DNA of 62,710 nucleotides, filler included, from a bacterium (GTDB lineage Bacteria > JAMORN01): the NCBI GenBank assembly GCA_027063545.1. It is 21 parts of 21 records of this genome, joined end to end, with 100 filler letters (N's around TTAATTAATTAA, not from the genome) between each part and the next. Parts side by side here need not be neighbours in the genome. Positions count along the whole stretch, not along the records: positions 40,548 to 50,625 come from JAMORN010000085.1; positions 50,726 to 52,365 come from JAMORN010000086.1; 19 more parts are not named here. One strand, written 5' to 3'. The notes beneath the pieces were generated by a model, which saw only the letters and a program-made list of their open reading frames with translations, ran no database searches and was not told the origin of the DNA. The position numbers were made by a program, and so were the translations under genes. Positions 40,920-51,189 of this stretch are shown piece after piece. Position 1 is the first letter of the stretch; each line of letters begins with the position of its first letter.

Positions 40920-41834
40920 TTAATAGAAATTTACGTATAAATCTAAATTTAATTGAGAATAGCAGTATCTTATCCATTCTGTAAAAAATTCATTTCTATG
41001 ACTTCTCCAACGATTTATTGGATTGGTGAAATCTATATTTTTAGGTGGATCAACATCTGTTCTTCCTTTCTTCATATCTCTCTCATATTCTTCTATAAGT
41101 CTTCTAGTATTATATTCAGGATGTCCTAAATGAATTAAAAATTTTCTATCATAGCTTTCAAAAATAGTATAACCAACCTCTTTTCCATATGCCAGAAGCC
41201 TTACTTCATTATTTCTTGCTGCATCTTCTAAATCCTCATCTCTTATTCCTGCATGTCTTGATTGAGGAACCCAAAAAACATCATCCATATTACCTGTAAC
41301 AGGATGGGTTCTATCTATATTCCAAACTTCAAAAACTCCAAAAAGCTTTTTAGGATAATTAATCTTAGGAATCCCCATTAAATAAGCTAGCGCCAATCCT
41401 CCCCAACATATTCCAAGCGTAGAAAAAATATTTTTTCGAGCATCCTCTAGAATTTCTTTTATCTCGTCCCAATACAAAACCTCTTCAAATTCTAAAAGCT
41501 CAACAGGAGCTCCTGTAACAATTAAAGCATCAAGTTTCCCTTCTTTATTTGCTTCTTCATAGGTTTTATAAACATTTTTTAAATGTTCATGGTCTGAACT
41601 TTTATATACATGAGATTCTAATTTTATCCAAACAGGCTCTATTTGTAATACACTTCTTCCTAAAGGATATAATAAATTAAACTCATATTTGTGAGCTTCA
41701 GGCATTATATTTAAAATACCAATTCTTAAGGCTCTAATATCCTGTCTTTGAGCTTGTTCTGGTGTAATACAATGAATTCTTAATTTTTCTAAGTCCTTTC
41801 TATATCTATAATCCTGTGGAAGAATAATAGTCAT
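40920..41834 (-). CDS. metA: MetA-family homoserine O-acyltransferase, probably the acetyltransferase type
   Basis: DIRALRIGILNIMP, TGAPVE (Glu at the acyl-specificity position), ICWG, PQSRH, GHPEY. Confidence 0.92.
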   Translation of the reverse strand: MTIILPQDYRYRKDLEKLRIHCITPEQAQRQDIRALRIGILNIMPEAHKYEFNLLYPLGRSVLQIEPVWIKLESHVYKSSDHEHLKNVYKTYEEANKEGKLDALIVTGAPVELLEFEEVLYWDEIKEILEDARKNIFSTLGICWGGLALAYLMGIPKINYPKKLFGVFEVWNIDRTHPVTGNMDDVFWVPQSRHAGIRDEDLEDAARNNEVRLLAYGKEVGYTIFESYDRKFLIHLGHPEYNTRRLIEEYERDMKKGRTDVDPPKNIDFTNPINRWRSHRNEFFTEWIRYCYSQLNLDLYVNFY

Positions 41835-41909
41835 CTCTAGTACCTCGTATTTTAAATTTAATTTAGTACTTAAAATAAATAAAAACTAAGTAATTATCAA
41901 GAAACTAGA

Positions 41910-42524
41910 CTATCCTAATTTAGGAAGTTCTATATTTTTCTTTATAGCTATTATTCTTAAAAAAGTAGTTGTTATAAAACAAAAAATAAATCCTATATCT
42001 AATGGGAAACCTAAATATTTTACTAATAAATAATAAAGGCTTGCTCCAATAATACTAGCTGATGCATAAAAATCTGCTCTCAAAACAATAGGGACTTCTC
42101 TTACTAAAATATCCCTTATAGCTCCACCCCCAACCCCTGTTAATGTTCCTAAAGAAACCACTGTTAACATATTTAAATTGAAATCATAGGCTTTACTGGC
42201 TCCTATTGCTGTAAATACTCCCAGTCCTATTGCATCTGCATATTTTACAATATCTATTCTTTTTTGAATTTTATCATAAAAAAGAAAAGTTAAGAATCCT
42301 GCAACTACAGAAATAATAAAATAATTTATATCTCTAAAAAATACGGGAGGAAATTCTCCTATAATAATATCTCTTAACATACCTCCACCTGCTGCTGTAA
42401 AAACACTTAATGTAATAAGTCCTAAAATATCTAATCTATGCTTTATTGCGACAGAAGCTCCTGAAATTGCAAAAAAGAATGTCCCGAACAAATCAAACGC
42501 ATAAATAAAAAATTGTTTATCCAT
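41910..42524 (-). CDS. TRIC/UPF0126 (YadS-like) membrane protein
   Basis: Duplicated motifs FAISGA..D..G..TAAGGGMLRD and DAIGLGVF..GVGGGAIRD. Confidence 0.9.
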   Translation of the reverse strand: MDKQFFIYAFDLFGTFFFAISGASVAIKHRLDILGLITLSVFTAAGGGMLRDIIIGEFPPVFFRDINYFIISVVAGFLTFLFYDKIQKRIDIVKYADAIGLGVFTAIGASKAYDFNLNMLTVVSLGTLTGVGGGAIRDILVREVPIVLRADFYASASIIGASLYYLLVKYLGFPLDIGFIFCFITTTFLRIIAIKKNIELPKLG

Positions 42525-42567
42525 ATTAAAAAAATAAATTTTTTTTAAAAAAAAGGAGTTGTATTAT

Positions 42568-43204
42568 ATGTTTGATATATCCGTTATAATATCTACATAC
42601 AATAGACCAAAAATCTAAAAACCCTTCTTCTAAATTTACGAATGCCAAAAAATGTAAACTTTGAAATAATTGTTGCTGAGATGGGTCTCAACCACCTACT
42701 TTTTATGAAAAATTAGTAGATAAATATATATACAGAAAAGATGATAAAAGTGTGAGAAAAGTACAATTATTAAATCTAGCTATAGATTTCTTTGAGGGAG
42801 AATTTTTGCTATTTCTTGATGATAATATAAGAATTCCATCCCCTTATTATTTAGCCACTCATTTAAAATATCTAAAAGAATATTATATAACTAAAGGAAT
42901 GGTTAAGTATTATGAATATGATGAAATAAATGATAAAATTGGACGATTTTTAAATATCATAGAAGGAACAAGCAAACATACTGAAACCTGTATAAATCTT
43001 GATATCAAAAAATCAATAACAATTGATATTAAAAAATTTGATCCTATATATAATAGAAAAATTTCTCTATACGAACAACCAATATATTATATACCAGAAG
43101 AAACAGCCTCTGTATTACATATAGGAAAATTTTTCCAGTTTGAAGAAAATGAAAGAAATCAAAAATTGGTTGAAAAAAATCAAAAAATATTTAAAGAAAA
43201 ATGA
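42568..43204 (+). pseudogene. Frameshifted family 2 glycosyltransferase
   Basis: RBS plus MFDISVIISTYNRPK, -1 shift near 42610, NFEIIVA, -1 shift near 42678, DGS...LNLAI..GEFLLFLDDN. Confidence 0.8.
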
Positions 43205-43268
43205 CATAAAATAAAAGAAATATTTAAGCAAAAAGATATTAAAATATATAATTATGAAGATCTTTTCT

Positions 43269-43307
43269 AAAAAAAAGGCTCCTAGAATTATATTATCCTA
43301 GGAGCCT
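43269..43307 (-). terminator. Intrinsic terminator after the beta-helix lipoprotein gene
   Basis: AGGCTCCTAG...CTAGGAGCCT 10-bp stem with a T-run on the minus strand. Confidence 0.75.
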
Positions 43308-43329
43308 ATAATCCATTTTGATATTTCTA

Positions 43330-44691
43330 TTAATAAGATAGTTCTGCGAAATTAGAAGGTTCTTCTATATAAAGCTCTGGAGCATTACCTTGATATTCAT
43401 CACCTGCAGGATCTCTTGTATTATTCCATGCATAGTTATCATATCCTGAGTAGGCATGAACCATTACACCATCAGATGCATCTAAATAAAATGTATTATC
43501 CCATATCCAGTTATTATTTGCTGTTAAATCATAAGCATTTGAAATATCAGGATTATTTGAACTTATAGATGAAGATCTATCTACAATAGCAACGCCTCTT
43601 GTAACTAACGTATTATTCTCTCTATAAAATGTACAACCATATATTCTTCCAAAAGTACCTTTTAAATTAATAAAAGAATCTGCATAATTTTCACCAGAAA
43701 TCATTCCTCCATAAATTTTTGTATATCTTACTATATCCCCCACAGTTCCTTCTTTTATATCTACGCCTTCAGCTCCAGTATTTTTTATAATAGTATATTC
43801 AATTACATTACTATCACAATGCATATCATATTTGTCCCATTGAGAATTATCTGAACCTATATAAATTCCTTCACCAAATCCAGGTTGAACTAGTCCTATA
43901 GAATCTATTATACAATTTCTTACTATAACATGAGATGTTCCACTCCTTAAATGAAGTCCTTCATCTCCAATTTTATAAATTTCAACACCTTCTATTAAAC
44001 TATAGGAAGCTTCATCTAACATTAATCCTTTTCCCCCATTTTTTAATATTAAATTTCTAATAATCCAATGTCCCCCATTTATCCATAAAATATAACCTGA
44101 GCCTTCTGTAGATAATCCCTCTAAAATAGGTTTGTTATTTGGATCCTGCGCTTCAATAATTATAGGATTATCTTCTGTACCACTTGCTTGAGAATAAAAA
44201 TATATAGTTCTTGTCATTTGTGCATATTCTATTGTATAACTATCCGGAGCCTTATAAACCCCTGGAGCAACAAGTATTCTATCCCCTGGTTTTGCAAACA
44301 AAAGAGCATTTCTTAACTCCTCTACATTTGAAACAACAATTTCGTTGTATTCACCAAAAAAAGAGGTAGTATCCTCTGAAGTAGTTTGATTATCTGTATT
44401 TGTTGAATCTATACTTTCTGTTGTATCTTGAGTTGTTTCATCATTATTAGTGAAATTATCTTCTAAACCTTGATCATTAAAAGTAGATTCCTCGGTATTG
44501 GAATCTGAATTACTTTCTTGATTATTATCAAAAGATTCATATTTTGTAGAATCTGTTGTATTTAAATTTGAACTAGTATCTGTGGTATTTGAATCTACTA
44601 TAACGGTATCAGCGACAGAATTATCGCCACCACAAGAAAAAAGAAATAAATTAATAATAAATGTTAATAATAATATTAATTTTTTATTCAT
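43330..44691 (-). CDS. Lipoprotein with an S/T/D/N-rich linker and a right-handed beta-helix (pectin-lyase-like) domain
   Basis: Lipobox LFSC, about 90-aa low-complexity linker, AKPGDRILVAPGVY, GTEDNPII, IGDEGLHLR, GFGEGIYIG, EGVDIKEG. Confidence 0.85.
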   Translation of the reverse strand: MNKKLILLLTFIINLFLFSCGGDNSVADTVIVDSNTTDTSSNLNTTDSTKYESFDNNQESNSDSNTEESTFNDQGLEDNFTNNDETTQDTTESIDSTNTDNQTTSEDTTSFFGEYNEIVVSNVEELRNALLFAKPGDRILVAPGVYKAPDSYTIEYAQMTRTIYFYSQASGTEDNPIIIEAQDPNNKPILEGLSTEGSGYILWINGGHWIIRNLILKNGGKGLMLDEASYSLIEGVEIYKIGDEGLHLRSGTSHVIVRNCIIDSIGLVQPGFGEGIYIGSDNSQWDKYDMHCDSNVIEYTIIKNTGAEGVDIKEGTVGDIVRYTKIYGGMISGENYADSFINLKGTFGRIYGCTFYRENNTLVTRGVAIVDRSSSISSNNPDISNAYDLTANNNWIWDNTFYLDASDGVMVHAYSGYDNYAWNNTRDPAGDEYQGNAPELYIEEPSNFAELSY

Positions 44692-44793
44692 ATTCTTGCT
44701 TTGAGTTTTTTATAATATTATTCTTTTATTAAATTAAAATAACCTTATAATTTGAATATTCAAGATAAAATTATTATTGTAATAATAGTATTC

Positions 44794-46278
44794 TTAATCC
44801 TGAAGATATTCTAAATATATATCTGCAACTTTTTTCTGAGAATCTGTACTAAATTTTATAGTTGTATCATCAATATTCTGTGGGCATTGTTCACTACATT
44901 CTACATATATCCCATAATATTGATAATTTAATATATCACTATTGGATATATCCAAAGCGTTTTCTCTTTGTACTAAAATTGCTGTTTTACTATTAATAAA
45001 CTTAACATATCTAAAAACTGCTCCTTCTGAAAAATCGTCTATTAAAATACCATAAGGAATACTAGCCTCATAACCCCAATATTTTTCACCCTCAAAGATA
45101 ATAGAATCTTCTTTTGTCCCCTCACATATAAATTTTGTATTTGTCCCTACACTTATATAACCATCTTGTGGGAATATAAATCTTGCACCCGGAGAAACAC
45201 TTACTTCTATTAAAGAATCTTTCCCCGAAATTTCTATACCATATTCTAAATAGTAAGTCAAAGATGGAATAGTACCTGATTTATCTAAATATTCATCTGG
45301 GGTATTTACCACAAAAATATCTTTTTGAAAAAAGTTGTTTTCTGATATATCAAGTAAATCCCTAGGAGAGATTGCTATATCATATTTATTTATATTCACA
45401 AAAGTATTATTTTCCAAAGTTTCTATACCATCATCTTCTGAATATATACCATAATTAAGATTGTTTTTAAATATAGAATTTTTTATAATAACTGAATTTG
45501 GATTTTTTTCTATATAAATCCCTGTTAAAGCGTTTTCAATATATGCATAATTAAATATATTATTTTTACTAGCAGAAAATTGTATCCTTATTGAAAAATT
45601 AGCATCAGTTATATCTTCACCAAATCTTTGTCCCCAATAATATATAGAATCTGAAATTAATGGCATAAATTTTACCATTAAACTATCACTTCCTAAAACT
45701 TCAATTCTTCCACTATCTTGGATATTTATATAAGACTCCCTATCAAATCTGAAAGTGGCTCCTTCATTAATTATTAAAGTTCCATTTGATATTTTACTAG
45801 TAGAATTATTAATAAACCACACATCTACATTTTTACCAATAATAATATCACCCTCGGTTGAATAATAATTACCATCAACAATATAAATCTTCTTTGGGTT
45901 ATCTAAGGTCAAAGGACCTTCAAAAACTACATGCATAGTATCAAAAATCACATATACTTTTCTTTCTAAACTTACAATATTACTATCTAAGGTCATAATA
46001 GAATAAATAATACTATACTTTCCTGCTTTTGTTGTGTCAAGATTTGATTCTACATTTAAACTTCCTATAACTATAGATGGATCTACTATCTTTACTCCCA
46101 GATCCTTATAAGAATCTCCAACTCTTATAGTATCGGGATTTTTCCCTAACATTTCTAAATAATTAGAGACATTTTCTGCGATGTTTAAAGAGTTACCATT
46201 GTTATCATCACAATTAAATAAAAAAATAGAAATTATAAATATACTCACAAGTAATAGTAATCTAGAATATTTCATCAT
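44794..46278 (-). CDS. Lipoprotein with an Ig-like (DUF5011-type) domain and beta-helix repeats
   Basis: Lipobox LFNC, LEMLGKNPDTI.VGDSYKDLG...LDTTKAGKYSIIY..RKVYV; two beta-helix blocks (IIKNSIFKNN, GTKEDSIIF). Confidence 0.75.
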   Translation of the reverse strand: MMKYSRLLLLVSIFIISIFLFNCDDNNGNSLNIAENVSNYLEMLGKNPDTIRVGDSYKDLGVKIVDPSIVIGSLNVESNLDTTKAGKYSIIYSIMTLDSNIVSLERKVYVIFDTMHVVFEGPLTLDNPKKIYIVDGNYYSTEGDIIIGKNVDVWFINNSTSKISNGTLIINEGATFRFDRESYINIQDSGRIEVLGSDSLMVKFMPLISDSIYYWGQRFGEDITDANFSIRIQFSASKNNIFNYAYIENALTGIYIEKNPNSVIIKNSIFKNNLNYGIYSEDDGIETLENNTFVNINKYDIAISPRDLLDISENNFFQKDIFVVNTPDEYLDKSGTIPSLTYYLEYGIEISGKDSLIEVSVSPGARFIFPQDGYISVGTNTKFICEGTKEDSIIFEGEKYWGYEASIPYGILIDDFSEGAVFRYVKFINSKTAILVQRENALDISNSDILNYQYYGIYVECSEQCPQNIDDTTIKFSTDSQKKVADIYLEYLQD

Positions 46279-46360
46279 ATATCTCCTATACAAAAACTTG
46301 AAACATAAAAGTTATAATAAAAAACAATCTAAAATATACGCCTATTAATTTAGTATATAT

Positions 46361-46984
46361 TTATTTTTCTATAATTTCTACAATTTTTTCATATAATTTA
46401 TTATAATCATAAAAACCTTCATATTGAGGAAATTCTTTCATAACCTTTTCAGAACCATTAAAAAAGAAAGCCATATCTGCTTCTTTAAACATTAATGTAT
46501 CATTATAAGAATCTCCTATTGATATAACATAAAAACCCATATCCTTTAAATTTCTAACTGCTCTTTGTTTTCCATTGCCTTTTTGATCCCTCATTACATA
46601 ATCAACAATAAAACCATCTTCTCCTATTATTAAACTATTACAAAAAATTGTAGGATAATCTAATTTATATGCTATAGGCATGAAAAACTCATAAAAGGTA
46701 TCGGATAAGATAATAAACTGAAATTTTTCTCTTATTTTATTGATAAACTCCTTTGCTCCTTCTAATGGCTCTATTTTTTTTATAATCTCTATTAAATCAA
46801 TATATTTTATGTTATTCTCTCTTAAAGTTGTTATCCTCATCTTCATCAACTGCTCATAATCAGATATATCTCTGGTTGTTAACTTTAGTTTTTCAATTCC
46901 TGTGATTGTAGCAACCTCTATCCAAAACTCCGGGAAAATAACCCCTTCTAAATCTGATATTATAACTACTGGTTTATTAATCAT
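46361..46984 (-). CDS. thrH: Bifunctional phosphoserine phosphatase/homoserine phosphotransferase
   Basis: DLEGVIFPEFW, LTTRDISDY, ILSDTFYEF, GDSYNDT. Confidence 0.93.
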   Translation of the reverse strand: MINKPVVIISDLEGVIFPEFWIEVATITGIEKLKLTTRDISDYEQLMKMRITTLRENNIKYIDLIEIIKKIEPLEGAKEFINKIREKFQFIILSDTFYEFFMPIAYKLDYPTIFCNSLIIGEDGFIVDYVMRDQKGNGKQRAVRNLKDMGFYVISIGDSYNDTLMFKEADMAFFFNGSEKVMKEFPQYEGFYDYNKLYEKIVEIIEK

Positions 46985-49074
46985 ATATATCTCCCCTTTT
47001 TCTCTATTAAAACCTTTATTGTGTATGGTTCTACTTTTATCTTCTTTGTATAAACTTTTTCCTCTTTATCTAAAAAGCTATTATCTTCTCTGTAGGTATC
47101 TATTTTAAGAAAAAATTCTCCTTCTGGAATCTCAAAAAATAGATCCTTCTCCCAGAAATTAAATATCATAAATACCTGTTTTAGATTATTACCCTTTATA
47201 TCCTTTTTTTCTTTCAATAGGACTGCTATACTTCTTGAAAAATATGAAAAATCAGGCTTATTTAGTTTTATGCCATGGAAGGAAATATCTAAATAATTTT
47301 CTATCTCCTTATATGTTTTCATTTTAAATATTCTATTTTCTTTTCTAAAATGAATTAACTTTTTTACAAACTCAAAAAACCATCTATTTTTTTCTAAAAA
47401 CTCCCAATTATACCAGGAAATCTCATTATCCTGACAATATGCATTATTATTACCCTTTTGTGTTCTTAAAAACTCATCTCCTCCTAACATCATTGGGGTT
47501 CCTTGAGATAAAAATAATATCGTCATAAAATTCTTCACCTGTCTTTTTCTAATTTTTAAAACCTTTGTATCATCGGTTTCTCCCTCAACCCCATAATTGA
47601 AAGAATTATTATTATTATCCCCATCCCTATTTTCCTCTCCATTCTCCCAATTATGCTTATCATTATAAGAGACTAAATCCCAAAGTGTAAATCCATCATG
47701 AGCAGTTATAAAATTAATAGAATGAACAGGCTCTCTTCCTGAAGGCTTATATAAATCTGGACTACCCAATAATCTATTTACAAAATCCCTTACAACCCCA
47801 TAATCACCTTTTACAAAACGTCTTACATCATCTCTAAACTTTCCATTCCATTCAGCCCATCTTTCCCCTGGAAAATTTCCAACCTGATAAAGCCCTGCCG
47901 CATCCCAAGCCTCTGCAATTATTTTTGTTTTGGAAAGTACAGGATCCTTGGAAATCTGCTCTATTACAGGTGGATTGGGTAAAACATTACCCTTCTCATC
48001 TCTTGAAAGAATACTTGCCAAATCAAATCTAAATCCATCAACATGCATCTCTGTTACCCAATACCTTAATACATCAATTATAAAATTACGAACAACAGGA
48101 TGATTTGAATTAACAGTATTTCCACATCCTGAAAAATTCAAGAAATTTCCATTATCATCTATCATATAATAGGTTTTTGCATCTAATCCCTTAAAAGAAT
48201 AAATCACCTCTGGTGAGGCTCCTTCTCCTGTATGATTAAATACTACATCTAAAATAATCTCTATCCCATATTCATGAGCTTTTTTTACTAATAATTTAAA
48301 TTCATCAACCTGACCACCTCTTATACCACTCTCAGCATAAGAAGCCTTTGGAGCAAAAAAGGCTAAAGTTGAATATCCCCAATAATTATATAGTCTTTCA
48401 CCTGTTTTAGGATTTTTATTAATATTTTCTAGTTCATCAAACTCCATTATAGGCATTAATTCTATTGCTGTTATACCCAACTCTTTTAAATATGGAAGTT
48501 TTTCTATCAATCCTTTGAACGTACCTCTTGATTTAACCCCAGAAGAAGGATGGATTGTAAATCCTCTTACATGAGTTTCATATATTATTGTATCAGCATA
48601 ACATCGAGCAAGTTGTCTATCATCCTGCCAATCGAAATTGGATTTTACAACAAAACTTCTTCTTTGATATCCATAATAATTTCCTTTTCTTTTAAAACGC
48701 TTCCCCCACTCTGCCCCGCCGGATAAGGCCAAAGAATATGGATCAAAAAGCACTTTTTTAGGATTAAAAAACTTACCTTCTTTAGGATTAAATTCTCCAA
48801 AAGCCCTATATCCATATTTTACATTCCCAGGAAGACCCTCTATATAAATATGCCAAATATGGCCTGTTTTATTTAAAACAGGATCAAGTTCTATCTCTAT
48901 AAAAGGAGGCTCTTTTCCACTTTCAAATAGAACTAAATGAATTCTTTCTGCTAAAGAAGAATAAACACTAAAATTTATACCATTCTCTATGAAATTCGCC
49001 CCTAATGGAAGAGGCTTCCCTCTTCCTATTTTTAAATAGTAATCTTTTACTTGAATTTCTTGATAAATAAACAC
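46981..49074 (-). CDS. glgX: Glycogen debranching enzyme (isoamylase, GH13); start approximate (GTG 49074)
   Basis: GKPLPLGA, NYWGY, DVVFNHTGEG, VDGFRFDLAS, IAEAWD, NFITAHDGFTL, GNNNAYCQDNE. Confidence 0.95.
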   Translation of the reverse strand: MFIYQEIQVKDYYLKIGRGKPLPLGANFIENGINFSVYSSLAERIHLVLFESGKEPPFIEIELDPVLNKTGHIWHIYIEGLPGNVKYGYRAFGEFNPKEGKFFNPKKVLFDPYSLALSGGAEWGKRFKRKGNYYGYQRRSFVVKSNFDWQDDRQLARCYADTIIYETHVRGFTIHPSSGVKSRGTFKGLIEKLPYLKELGITAIELMPIMEFDELENINKNPKTGERLYNYWGYSTLAFFAPKASYAESGIRGGQVDEFKLLVKKAHEYGIEIILDVVFNHTGEGASPEVIYSFKGLDAKTYYMIDDNGNFLNFSGCGNTVNSNHPVVRNFIIDVLRYWVTEMHVDGFRFDLASILSRDEKGNVLPNPPVIEQISKDPVLSKTKIIAEAWDAAGLYQVGNFPGERWAEWNGKFRDDVRRFVKGDYGVVRDFVNRLLGSPDLYKPSGREPVHSINFITAHDGFTLWDLVSYNDKHNWENGEENRDGDNNNNSFNYGVEGETDDTKVLKIRKRQVKNFMTILFLSQGTPMMLGGDEFLRTQKGNNNAYCQDNEISWYNWEFLEKNRWFFEFVKKLIHFRKENRIFKMKTYKEIENYLDISFHGIKLNKPDFSYFSRSIAVLLKEKKDIKGNNLKQVFMIFNFWEKDLFFEIPEGEFFLKIDTYREDNSFLDKEEKVYTKKIKVEPYTIKVLIEKKGRYI

Positions 49075-49145
49075 CTTTATTCTCTTAGTTTTGATTATTT
49101 TAATTTTATTATTGATTGAAAAATAAATTTTAAAATAAAGAAATG

Positions 49146-49170
49146 AAAAAAAGCCCTGCATAAGCAGGGC
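49146..49170 (-). terminator. Intrinsic terminator after the NADH oxidase-like gene
   Basis: Minus strand GCCCTGC-TTAT-GCAGGGC-T7. Confidence 0.85.
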
Positions 49171-49184
49171 AAAAATTAATAAGT

Positions 49185-50525
49185 TTAAAACTTCATCTTT
49201 TTCATTGCATTCTCTGCAGCTAAAACTATAGGATACATAGTTGGAGGAGCTGTTAAGAGTGGATGAGTTCCAAATTGCATTGTAAATAGTTCCTCTGCTG
49301 TCATTCCCTTTTGAATTGCAAGTCCTAATATATTTATAATTTCTCCAACACTCCTTCCCCCTAAAATTTGAGCTCCTATTAATACACAAGAACTTCTTGA
49401 AAAGATTAATTTTATCTTTATCTTTTCTGTACCTGGAAGTTTGCCTGGGTGTTTATCTATTGTTTGAGCTTCTCCTATAACAAAATCAAAATATTCTTCC
49501 ATTGCCATTGTTTCATTTAATCCTGCTGCAGCAAATGTTAATCCCTCTATTGAAGAAGAGAATATTGCTATATTTCCTTTATTTTCTCTTATCATCTTTA
49601 TTCCATAAAGATTAGAAGCCGCAATTCTTGCATCAAATGTTGCTGTTGAAGCAAGCATCAATCTTGAAGCCCTTCTAGTATAAAAATCCTTATGTTCAAC
49701 ACAATCACCACATGCAAAAATGTCCTTTTCAGATGTTCTCATATACTCATCTGTCCATATTGCGCCTGTCTTACCTATAAATAATCCTAACTTTTGTGCC
49801 AACTCTACATTAGGTTTATATCCAACTGAAAGTATTGCTGCATCCACATCTATTACTTCTCCATCCTCAAATTCTATCCTTTCAAGCTTTCCATTACCAA
49901 TAAATCTTTTAACCCTTTTTGATGTTTTTATTTCAACCCCTTTAGATTTTAAATTTTCCTCTATAACCTCAGAAAAATCCTTATCAAAAGCAACTGGTAA
50001 TATTCTATTCTGTGCCTCTATTAAATAAACTTTTTCTACCTCTTTTCTAATTTCATCTGTTACCTCAACTCCTATAAATCCTGCTCCTATAACAGCAACT
50101 CTCTTTGCTTTCTTTATTTTTTCAACCATATTTTTTAAATACTCATAATCTTTTGGAACAACAAAAATATTTTCTAAATCTTTTCCTTCAATTGATGGAA
50201 CAAATGGTTTAGAACCTGTTGCTAAAACTAATTTATCGTACTTTATTTTATCACCGCTTTTGGTTATAACCTCTTTGTTATCTTTATCAATATCAACAAC
50301 CTCATCATAAATAAATTTAACCCCTAAATCCTCAATTGGTTTAACACCCATTATATCATCATCTACAGATTTTAATGTAGAAAAAATATATGGAATACCA
50401 CATGGAACCATTGATATCTTCTCTTTTCTTATAACCGCTACCTCTTTATCTGGATACATTACTTTAGCAGTCTTTGCTGCTATTAACCCTGCAGCAGAAC
50501 CTCCAATTACTACTATATCAGCCAT
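49185..50525 (-). CDS. FAD-dependent pyridine nucleotide-disulfide oxidoreductase (NADH oxidase/CoA-disulfide reductase family)
   Basis: VVIGGSAAG, single redox Cys in VPCGIPY, LATGS, IGAGFIG, IFACGDC, dimerisation domain. Confidence 0.9.
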   Translation of the reverse strand: MADIVVIGGSAAGLIAAKTAKVMYPDKEVAVIRKEKISMVPCGIPYIFSTLKSVDDDIMGVKPIEDLGVKFIYDEVVDIDKDNKEVITKSGDKIKYDKLVLATGSKPFVPSIEGKDLENIFVVPKDYEYLKNMVEKIKKAKRVAVIGAGFIGVEVTDEIRKEVEKVYLIEAQNRILPVAFDKDFSEVIEENLKSKGVEIKTSKRVKRFIGNGKLERIEFEDGEVIDVDAAILSVGYKPNVELAQKLGLFIGKTGAIWTDEYMRTSEKDIFACGDCVEHKDFYTRRASRLMLASTATFDARIAASNLYGIKMIRENKGNIAIFSSSIEGLTFAAAGLNETMAMEEYFDFVIGEAQTIDKHPGKLPGTEKIKIKLIFSRSSCVLIGAQILGGRSVGEIINILGLAIQKGMTAEELFTMQFGTHPLLTAPPTMYPIVLAAENAMKKMKF

Positions 50526-50726
50526 CTTTTTCTCCTTGTTTTTTTATTTTTGTTATTTTTTTCACATTTTTAAAAAAATAATTTAAAATGTTAGAACAAT
50601 CAAACTTTTTTTTTGGAAAATTTAANNNNNNNNNNNNNNNNNNNNNNNNNNNNNNNNNNNNNNNNNNNNTTAATTAATTAANNNNNNNNNNNNNNNNNNN
50701 NNNNNNNNNNNNNNNNNNNNNNNNNT

Positions 50727-51116
50727 ATTGGTTTTGTAGTAGGGGTTAAGCCTTTGGGTGAGGCTGTAATAGAGATGGCAATAAGTTCTGCTTTTTCTGA
50801 TCCTCGATTTATGCCTTTATCAAAAGAGGAGTTAGACAAGATTGAGATAGAAATTTCAGTATTAACACCTCTTGAAAAGATTGATGATATAGAAAAAATA
50901 GAGGTTGGAAGACATGGAATTTTAATAAGAAGAGGTTTTTATAGTGGATTACTTCTTCCTCAGGTTGCTGTTGAATGGGGTTGGGATAGATATGAGTTTT
51001 TAACCCAAACTTGTTATAAAGCAGGCTTATCTGGCGATTATTGGAAATATGAGGATACTGAGATTTATATTTTTAGTGCTATTATCTTTAATGAGAGAGA
51101 ATTTGGGTTGGGGTAG
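50727..51116 (+). CDS. amrA: AMMECR1-domain protein (AmmeMemoRadiSam system protein A), 5'-truncated
   Basis: AFSDPRF, IEISVLTP, GRHGI, GLLLPQVAVE, KAGL. Confidence 0.9.
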   Translation: MGFVVGVKPLGEAVIEMAISSAFSDPRFMPLSKEELDKIEIEISVLTPLEKIDDIEKIEVGRHGILIRRGFYSGLLLPQVAVEWGWDRYEFLTQTCYKAGLSGDYWKYEDTEIYIFSAIIFNEREFGLG

Positions 51117-51189
51117 GTTATTTTATCATCTAAAAAAGACAAGAGATAATAAAACCAATCTATAATAAAAAAAATTTTAAAATTTTTTG

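Noticed and set aside
41835-41909. SAM riboswitch or T-box upstream of metA
   Set aside because: The spacer is only 75 nt, AT-rich, and has no recognisable conserved structure.
49075-49389. N-terminal extension of the 802-aa GlgX ORF
   Set aside because: It overlaps the oxidoreductase gene and crosses its terminator; GlgX similarity begins only near GKPLPLGA.
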